A stretch of DNA of 19,011 bases from contig CBDDUX010000114.1 of the NCBI GenBank assembly GCA_965234725.1, positions 1-19,011 on the forward strand. Reading direction: 5' to 3'. Position numbers and translations under genes: made by a program. Shown piece by piece: positions 1-6,738 of the stretch (position 1 is the stretch's first letter; each line of letters opens with the position of its first letter). The notes beneath the pieces were generated by a model. The model was not told the origin of the DNA and searched no databases. It was given only the letters and a program-made list of their open reading frames with translations. The DNA is from Thermoplasmatota archaeon. GTDB taxonomy: Archaea; Thermoplasmatota; Penumbrarchaeia; Penumbrarchaeales; Penumbrarchaeaceae.

Positions 1-29
1 ATCGGTGGGCCAGTGTACCTTACATCGAT

Positions 30-650
30 TCAAAAAGTTAGTGAAGTACTGAAATTGAGATAATTAACAAAAATATTATCCTTTATTATTAAGTCATTAA
101 CAGCTTCAAAATGCATTGAACTCTCAGTACAATTAAATCTGCTAAATCTTATGGTGAAATTATTTTTATTGGATGATTGAAATCCAAAATCCCCAAGACA
201 ATTTACATTAAAAAGATCAATGAATGAGGCTTCAGCAAATATATTTTTAGACATGGGGCTATTCCCGTCGTTTTTATTTTCTATTGATATATTTTTAATA
301 TTAACATTATCTGAAGTGATTAAAATGTTAGTTGTATCCTTCTCAACATGATATAAAAGGGGATCTCCGATTCCTATCAATGAAATGGATCTGTTTATTG
401 TTAATAATTCAGTGTAGTTTCCTGAATAAATATGAATGGTGTCTCTATCTTTGCTATGATTGATCGCATCTTGGATCTTTGTATAATCACCGGAACCTCC
501 CTGGTCAACGATTATCGTATCTCCATTAATTTCAAAATCTGTAATAAACTCCGTTAAATTATCGATACTGATATTCTTATTCCCACTAATACCATTATTA
601 ATGGATAATATCAAGAACAAAATAACTAATGATAGTATGACCTTTCGCAT
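30..650 (-). CDS. Secreted protein with pectin lyase-like/NosD parallel beta-helix N-terminal region; possibly truncated
   Basis: N-terminal signal peptide (MRKVILSLVILFLIL) and the motif IIVDQGGSGDYTKIQDAIN...DTIHIYSGNYTELLTINRSISLIG typical of archaeal beta-helix surface proteins. SD-like GGAG upstream. The frame stays open after the TGA up to the window edge. Confidence 0.75.
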   Translation of the reverse strand: MRKVILSLVILFLILSINNGISGNKNISIDNLTEFITDFEINGDTIIVDQGGSGDYTKIQDAINHSKDRDTIHIYSGNYTELLTINRSISLIGIGDPLLYHVEKDTTNILITSDNVNIKNISIENKNDGNSPMSKNIFAEASFIDLFNVNCLGDFGFQSSNKNNFTIRFSRFNCTESSMHFEAVNDLIIKDNIFVNYLNFSTSLTF

Positions 651-772
651 GTAAATGTCTCCTTTCCTATCTTTGATATTGACTTAGATAATAATGAAAG
701 TAAATATATAATACTATTCATTTCATGAGATTTTTTATTATATTATTGACATATAATATACATTAAGTAAAT

Positions 773-809
773 AAAAAAGAATGAATCCTCCTCTCTTGGA
801 GGATTCATT
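773..809 (-). terminator. Intrinsic terminator-like hairpin downstream of the LamG gene
   Basis: Perfect 12-bp inverted repeat AATGAATCCTCC (780-791) / GGAGGATTCATT (798-809) with a 6-nt loop, followed on the minus strand by a T6 run (773-778). It lies about 20 nt after the stop at 831. Confidence 0.7.
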
Positions 810-830
810 TGACAGAGGTATTTCCGATAT

Positions 831-2381
831 TCAAACGGGATAGCATCTACCGATCACAACATCATCTATCAATCCAACAAGAGGCCAGTCTGGATTATCG
901 TCATCATACCATGTATGGAAACCCATACCGAAATGAAGATCGTTATCAGTTGGTCCAATGCCATATGAATTCGTTGTGGAAGCAGAGGATGAACCTTGTA
1001 AATGACTATCATAATACATATTCATAGTTCCAGCTCCTCCATCAGACCAGGCCCAAAGATGGTACCAATATCCGGGAGTAATACCTGATAATGAGAGTGT
1101 TGTTATTGAAGAATTGGCAAGTTCAAAATTAAAATCATAGGTTCCTAATAAACCATCATAAGATATGTATAGTCTATATCCGTCTGCATCACTTTCACCA
1201 TTCCAATCCCACTTTTCAATTAACATCATGTCATCCTCTTCATCTTCGATATTGACCCATAACTCAATATAGATGTCATCTTCACCTGATTGACAGTCAA
1301 AATCCAAATAATTACCCGTATCATCCACATTTACAAAACCTTCACCATACATTTGTAAACAATGTGTTCCGGGAGCACCATTCTCAACTGAATTTGAGCT
1401 TGCAAAAGCAGTTACGCCTGGTTCAGCGAGACCATAGCTGTGGAAATCAGATCTGACCATGTCATTTATAATATTCCGATCTTCAGGAACACTCTCAATC
1501 AATCCTTCATCCATAGGCCAATATCCAACATTTTCCATACCCCACATTCTATCACGAGAGGCAGGACTTGGAAGGTAAGATGTTTCTATAGCATAGAAAT
1601 AAACAAAATCTATATCTCCTTCATAGTAATCGGTTTGACCTTTTCCAATATAAAAAGGATATGCATTATTTCCAGGATCTTGTGGGAAATTACTGTATGT
1701 TTGGACTTCCCCATAATCACCTGGAGACGGATCAATATACAAACGTAATGTCCCTTCGAAAGACTCTACTGCAACATAATGCCATTCTCCGTCCCGAAGA
1801 TCATCTCCATCCGAATCGACTATAAATTGAGAGGCTGCATTTTCCCATACTTTAAAGGTTAATAGTCCTGCTGCAAGGTAAAAAGAGAAACCATTGTTAG
1901 CAAAATCACCTTTACTACAAATTGTCAATTCAACGTTATCTGAATCTGTTTTTATCATAGATGAAATCACGAAATTATAACTGTTTATATTAAAATCAGC
2001 GCTATGATTCACATGGACAAACTCATCCTCTCCATTAAAAGATAAAGCAGCATCACCGATATTGTTATCTCTCTCCTGTGTTGTACTAACATCTTCTTGA
2101 AGGAGCCCTTTTTTATCTCTTCCAGAATCATCCCATACATAATCTTGTGTAAATTTAGTTTCACCGATATAATAATCGTATGAATACACATCATTTAAAT
2201 TATAATATGCAATGTGTGTGTCATGGTTGTCAGTGATATAATTACCTGAATCCTCTCCATTAGGAGGAACTGCATTTGTTTCCAGTGGAATTAATGATAT
2301 CATCATCAATATCCCTATTGCAGAACAAACAAATATTACCTTCCAAGCTATGCTTTTTTTACTATTTTCATTCTTTTTCAA
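831..2381 (-). CDS. Secreted or membrane-anchored protein with two LamG (concanavalin A-like) domains
   Basis: N-terminal hydrophobic segment. LamG signatures ALSFNGEDEFV...DGEWHYVAV...LRLYID...FYIG...YEGDIDFV, and a second copy VGYWPMDEG...IELWV...WYHL...LHFG...GLIDDVVI. TTG start with GGAGG at 2391-2395. Confidence 0.85.
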   Translation of the reverse strand: MKKNENSKKSIAWKVIFVCSAIGILMMISLIPLETNAVPPNGEDSGNYITDNHDTHIAYYNLNDVYSYDYYIGETKFTQDYVWDDSGRDKKGLLQEDVSTTQERDNNIGDAALSFNGEDEFVHVNHSADFNINSYNFVISSMIKTDSDNVELTICSKGDFANNGFSFYLAAGLLTFKVWENAASQFIVDSDGDDLRDGEWHYVAVESFEGTLRLYIDPSPGDYGEVQTYSNFPQDPGNNAYPFYIGKGQTDYYEGDIDFVYFYAIETSYLPSPASRDRMWGMENVGYWPMDEGLIESVPEDRNIINDMVRSDFHSYGLAEPGVTAFASSNSVENGAPGTHCLQMYGEGFVNVDDTGNYLDFDCQSGEDDIYIELWVNIEDEEDDMMLIEKWDWNGESDADGYRLYISYDGLLGTYDFNFELANSSITTLSLSGITPGYWYHLWAWSDGGAGTMNMYYDSHLQGSSSASTTNSYGIGPTDNDLHFGMGFHTWYDDDNPDWPLVGLIDDVVIGRCYPV

Positions 2382-2455
2382 TCTAATCAGCCTCCATTCA
2401 TTTGTGTCCTCATCTTCCGTTTCGACGAAAACATTGACAATATTATTGATAACAG

Positions 2456-2470
2456 TATATAAATTTCACC
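2456..2470 (-). promoter_or_regulatory. Putative archaeal BRE/TATA promoter for the LamG gene
   Basis: Minus strand GGTGAAA-TTTATATA about 75 nt upstream of the start codon. A second candidate, GCAAAAGG-TTTATAAA, lies at 2497-2512. Confidence 0.5.
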
Positions 2471-2570
2471 TGAAATAATAATTTTTTATTGGTTAGTTTA
2501 TAAACCTTTTGCATTCGGAAAAATCAATTATTGGATAACACATTTCATCCGAAGGACACTGTCATTAGCG

Positions 2571-3477
2571 GATAGATCAATGTTACCTCCAAAAGCCGAG
2601 CGGACCTGATAGGGATTCTAAACAGGTTATTTTTTACTGATCCTATCAGAGACCTCATCCTATCTTACTTCAATGATCTATCATACAGGATCAATCCCCA
2701 GAAAAACTGATGATTACTCGTAACTCACTCTCGTAGATTGCAAAAGTAACGTGAGTTCGAGGTCGAAGGAAAAAACAGCCTTTGGCTTTGGTTTTTTCCT
2801 GTCCTCCACATCACAGATGTGAAGGTCCAGCATAACTAGTTCGTTTATATCGAAATGCATTATGCGGACCTTTGTGCAAGAATGATATTAATATGATGAT
2901 CTTGCACAAAAGATTCTGTTGTGTGTGTCATAATAATTACGGCTGGTAAATTTCTCTCGTCAAATCCATAACCTTGTAACTTCCTCTCGTCAATATCATT
3001 TAACTTCGGAAGTTCAAGTCCCAGCTAAATTAAATCGTCAATAATACATTTCATTTAGCGGGTCTGGAAATTTGACATAGATTTTTATTAACCAAAAATT
3101 TCCAGATCGAAATTTCCAGGTCCAGCTGAATTAAATCGTCAATATCAACATTCATTCAGCGGACTTTTATGCAATAATGAAAGTGAGATGATAATCATGC
3201 ATAAAAGATTCTATCATATTTTCATTAGATTACATCTGGTAAATTGCTCTCGTCAAATAGATATTGATACGCAATTTCCAGGCCCAGCATAATTAGACCG
3301 TCAATTTCAGAATTCATTATGCGGGCATTTTTCTTGGAATAGCATACAGAATCAATACCAAGAAAAATGATTGGCAGAGGACGAAGGGTTAAGAAGAGAG
3401 GATTGGATGTAAAGAATAAAAGTTTACTTCATCCTCCGCCTTTGTTTGTGGATTTATCGTGGCGCGTACGCCACTCC
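2571..3477 (-). ncRNA. Candidate large structured non-coding RNA (family not recognised)
   Basis: No ORF in the track. More than 15 stem-loops with compensatory changes between repeated copies. TATA box about 30 nt upstream of 3477 and a 5' hairpin GUGGCG-UACG-CGCCAC. Strand and ends are inferred. Confidence 0.5.
2717..3369. repeat. Array of four degenerate three-hairpin modules (~135 bp each)
   Basis: T-bulge hairpins at 2717-2761, 2943-2954/3109-3119, 2973-3018 and 3236-3281. A-bulge hairpins at 2824-2870, 3020-3062, 3120-3164 and 3282-3326. Perfect hairpins at 2871-2910, 3063-3106, 3164-3207 and 3326-3369. Confidence 0.9.
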
Positions 3478-3498
3478 ATTACTATTTAGTTCATGAGA

Positions 3499-3516
3499 AT
3501 ATATAATCCCTTCCCC
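3499..3516 (-). promoter_or_regulatory. Putative BRE/TATA promoter facing into the hairpin array
   Basis: Minus strand GGGGAAGGGA-TTATATAT. The predicted start near 3477-3479 coincides with the first GC-rich hairpin. Confidence 0.5.
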
Positions 3517-3580
3517 TAAGGTATCATTTTTTGTAACTCAATTCCAATAGAATGTGTTTTGAAATTGACCAATACTGAAC

Positions 3581-3630
3581 ATGATGACGGAGGACTACTG
3601 AGGTCCTTCCTGGACCTGACGATGATCTGA
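3581..3630 (+). ncRNA. Candidate box C/D sRNA
   Basis: Box C ATGATGA (3581-3587), 10-nt guide, D' CTGA (3598-3601), GGTCC/GGACC hairpin, C'-like TGACGA (3617-3622) and box D CTGA (3627-3630). The C-to-D span is 50 nt. Confidence 0.6.
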
Positions 3631-3634
3631 CCGT

Positions 3635-5095
3635 TTAATAGCTCTTTGAAAGCAGGACGATGGTTTCCGTGGGTCTTCCGCAATTCATGCAGTTTCCCTC
3701 ATCTTTTTGATATTGGCCGGTCTCGATATCGGCCATAGGATACCCTAAGAAGGTCCTGTCCAGGGTCTTTTCCATCTGTTCGGCACATTCCATTTCTCCG
3801 CACCAGTGGGTCCTTACGATACCGTCCCAACCTTCAAGGAGCTTTGTCCCGTCATCGAGGGAATCCGCATCTCTGATCCCGTTATCAAGGATCTCCGCGG
3901 CCCTCCTCGTGAGCTCATCTTCAACCTCTTTGAGGGCCCTTTCGCACTCCGACCTGAGGTCCGCCCTTTTCACGAATTCCTTGGTGGATAGGTCCCTCCT
4001 CTTGAAGACAAGGGAATTGTTCTCAATATCCCTGGGACCTATCTCGATCCTTACAGGTACGCCCTTGATCTCCCAATCATAGTGTTTGGACCCGGGCCTG
4101 TCGTCCCTTTCATCCAGTTTGACCCTGAAACCGAATCCCTTGATCTCTTCTTGGAGCTCCCTTGAAGCCTTCAAAACTATCTCTGTCTTATCCTTGGCAA
4201 GTATTGGGATTATCACGAATTGTATAGGGGCCAGTTTGGGAGGGAGTATGATCCCTTTGTTATCTCCATGGACTCCTACAACCGCACCCACCAGCCTTTC
4301 GGACATTCCGTATGTGGTCTGATGACAATGATGGAACTGACCGTCGGTCCCCTCATATTTGATATCATAGGGTCTGGAGAAGTTCTCTTTGTATTGATGT
4401 ATCGATCCCAGCTGTAGGGTCTTCATAGAGGGCATGAGCGTATCAACACCAATTGTATAGACCGCTCCCGCGAACTTGTCCCAATCAGGTCTCTTTACAA
4501 GTAAATAGGGAATGCAGAGGTCCTTTGCAACCTTGTGCATGATTACGCAGTCTTCCCGGATCTGCCTCTCCGCATCTTCGAAGGAATCGTGGCAGGTATG
4601 TGCCTCGAAGAAATGTATCTCCCTGACCCTGATGAAGGCCCTGGTCATCTTCGTTTCGTATCTGAATGTGTTGACGATCTGATACGTCTTGAGGGGAAGG
4701 TCATTGTGGGATCTGATCCAAAGGGAGAACATGGGGTACATGGCAGTCTCTGATGTCGGGCGAAGAAGAAGGGGAACATCGAGTTCGTTCAAACCTCCGT
4801 GTGTGACCCAGTAGACCTCAGAATCGAATCCTTTGATATGGTCCGCTTCTTTCTGGAACTCGGTCTTGGGGATGAGTAGCGGGAAGTACACCTCTTCATG
4901 TCCGGTCGCATCACATTCCCTCCTTATGATGGAATCGATGAACTGCATGACCTTCCAACCATAAGGTGTCCAGACATTCATCCCTTTGATGGGGTACCTT
5001 TTATCGGAGAGGCCGGAGACCTCCACCACATCGTTGTACCATTCGGAGAAATCGTCCTTGTTCAGGACTATCTTCTTCTTTTCATCCTCGGTCAT
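3635..5095 (-). CDS. proS: Proline--tRNA ligase, archaeal/eukaryote type
   Basis: FSEWY, LLLRPTSET, FRYETKMTRAFIRVREI, TTYGMSERL, anticodon-binding domain (WEIKGVPVRIEIGPRD), C-terminal Cys4 Zn site and terminal KSY. Confidence 0.98.
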   Translation of the reverse strand: MTEDEKKKIVLNKDDFSEWYNDVVEVSGLSDKRYPIKGMNVWTPYGWKVMQFIDSIIRRECDATGHEEVYFPLLIPKTEFQKEADHIKGFDSEVYWVTHGGLNELDVPLLLRPTSETAMYPMFSLWIRSHNDLPLKTYQIVNTFRYETKMTRAFIRVREIHFFEAHTCHDSFEDAERQIREDCVIMHKVAKDLCIPYLLVKRPDWDKFAGAVYTIGVDTLMPSMKTLQLGSIHQYKENFSRPYDIKYEGTDGQFHHCHQTTYGMSERLVGAVVGVHGDNKGIILPPKLAPIQFVIIPILAKDKTEIVLKASRELQEEIKGFGFRVKLDERDDRPGSKHYDWEIKGVPVRIEIGPRDIENNSLVFKRRDLSTKEFVKRADLRSECERALKEVEDELTRRAAEILDNGIRDADSLDDGTKLLEGWDGIVRTHWCGEMECAEQMEKTLDRTFLGYPMADIETGQYQKDEGNCMNCGRPTETIVLLSKSY

Positions 5096-5204
5096 CTCAT
5101 TTCACCTGACCAGGACCCATGTAACAAAGTTCGATTTATAACAGTTGTGCAGGTGTGTGCGGAACATATTGGAATTATATATCAAATGATCATTTTCATC
5201 ATTA

Positions 5205-5414
5205 ATGGTAAGATGTCCGAATTGTCATGGGAGATTGAAGGAGGAAAGCAGGGAGAGGACCCTTCCTGATCCGGATTTCGTGAACATGTCCGATGATGAA
5301 ATGATAGATTTCTTCAGTGAGGACATTACAGGTGAATATACCAACTGGGGAATGACCGAGGTCCATTTCAAATGCATGAAATGTGGAAAACGCTTTCGTC
5401 TCGAAAAGAAATGA
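5205..5414 (+). CDS. Small zinc-ribbon protein, unknown function
   Basis: CPNC at the N-terminus and CMKC at the C-terminus, separated by an acidic insert. It fills the gap between proS and rio1 without overlap. Confidence 0.7.
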   Translation: MVRCPNCHGRLKEESRERTLPDPDFVNMSDDEMIDFFSEDITGEYTNWGMTEVHFKCMKCGKRFRLEKK

Positions 5415-5417
5415 AAT

Positions 5418-6227
5418 TCAATCTTCCTCATCATCTTCACTTAGAGAGTCGATCAGTTCATTCTTAAGTCCTTCAGCTTCTTCTTGAGCACCCTTGACAC
5501 CTCTTTTATTGAAGAACAATGAGATGATCTTAAGGTCCCTTTCAAGAAGGTTAAGGGCATTGGGATGTTCGATATGGACGCTCTGTCCGACGTCGATGAA
5601 TACAGGATCGCCATCATAGAGGATATTGTATTCGGACAGGTCGGCATGAACCAGTTTACACTCGATGAAAAGTCTTTTTACAGTATCAAGGACAATTCTC
5701 CACATATCCTCCCATTCATCCACTTCCGCGTCGAGGAATTTGATCTGTGGTGCGGGTTTTCCACCATATTCGATGTAATCCATTATGAGAAGGTTCTTGA
5801 AGATCGCTCCTGGTTTGGGAACCCGTATGCCCTTTGCATGCATGGTCCTCAAGTTGAGATGCTCCTTCTTGGCCCATGTATAGATTATTCCCCTTTTGGA
5901 CCGATCAATTTTCTGGAACCTTCTGTCGCCTTCAATATATTCCAGAAATGCGCCGAATGTTGAAGTGGAGGTCCTGAATATCTTCATTGCGGAGAATCCC
6001 TCTTTTGTTTTGATCTTGTAGACGTTTGCCTCCTTCCCGGTGGAGATGGGACACTCCACGGTTATGATCTTGCCCCTTCTCATCAATTTGTAGATGTGGT
6101 CGAGGTTCTGGTGGTCGAAGACCTCATCATATGTCTTGAACTGTTCCGCATCGATTATGATGGTCTCCCTTTTGTTCCCTCTGTCGAATCTCTCGTCTAT
6201 CAGATCGTAGACATCCTTGCCTGGCAC
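5418..6227 (-). CDS. rio1: RIO1-family serine/threonine kinase
   Basis: ISTGKEANVY, WAKKEHLNL, LVHADLSEYNIL, FIDVGQSV. GTG start with GGAGGT. Directly downstream of aIF-1A. Confidence 0.96.
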   Translation of the reverse strand: MPGKDVYDLIDERFDRGNKRETIIIDAEQFKTYDEVFDHQNLDHIYKLMRRGKIITVECPISTGKEANVYKIKTKEGFSAMKIFRTSTSTFGAFLEYIEGDRRFQKIDRSKRGIIYTWAKKEHLNLRTMHAKGIRVPKPGAIFKNLLIMDYIEYGGKPAPQIKFLDAEVDEWEDMWRIVLDTVKRLFIECKLVHADLSEYNILYDGDPVFIDVGQSVHIEHPNALNLLERDLKIISLFFNKRGVKGAQEEAEGLKNELIDSLSEDDEED

Positions 6228-6266
6228 ATACCTCCATTCGGGTATGATTAGAAAAACCTGCCGGGA

Positions 6267-6596
6267 TCAACCTAGCAATGATTCGAGGTGCTTGGGGACC
6301 AGATTCCTTCTGGCCATGTTCTGGGATTGGATATGGGTATACCTGTAAAGCACATCTGCCTTATCATCCTGGAATTCCCAGGGGCAGATGATAACGAGGT
6401 CTCCCTCTCTCATCCACATCCTCTTCTTCAATTTGCCGCGGATCCTCCCTAGCCTCATCTTCCCATCCTCGCAGAAGATCTTGAGATGTCCACCACCCAG
6501 AGCCTGTTCGACGACGCCGAATATCTCCCTCTTCTTCTTGTTCGGGAGTTTGACCCTTACATATTCCTCTGGATTTTGATTATGATCGTTGGACAA
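6267..6596 (-). CDS. eif1a: Translation initiation factor aIF-1A
   Basis: FGVVEQALGG, CEDGKMRLGRIRGKLKKRMWMREGDLVI, PWEFQDDKADVLYRY. TTG start with GGTGG. Confidence 0.97.
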   Translation of the reverse strand: MSNDHNQNPEEYVRVKLPNKKKREIFGVVEQALGGGHLKIFCEDGKMRLGRIRGKLKKRMWMREGDLVIICPWEFQDDKADVLYRYTHIQSQNMARRNLVPKHLESLLG

Positions 6597-6738
6597 TGGA
6601 CCACCTGTTCCTTCCGGCCGGGAAGGGAGGAGGTCCTATAAGGGTTCTTTTATTAAGAAATTTCCATTTTCCAACTGGTAAATGTTCTGTCACATTTTCA
6701 CAGGGATTTAATATCTCATTGCCTTACATGCAAACAAG

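Noticed and set aside
3096..3125. Replication origin ORB elements (TTCCAG..GAAA)
   Set aside because: The spacing does not fit, there is no G-string or orc1/cdc6 nearby, and the words are explained as hairpin arms.
2717..3369. CRISPR array
   Set aside because: There are no identical direct repeats with regular unique spacers, conservation is structural, and no cas genes are present.
2717..3369. Integron attC sites
   Set aside because: The bulged hairpins are suggestive, but there are no RYYYAAC/GTTRRRY ends, no cassette ORFs and no integrase in the window.
6608..6628. Hairpin upstream of aIF-1A as a regulatory RNA
   Set aside because: A single 6-8 bp stem with no other support.
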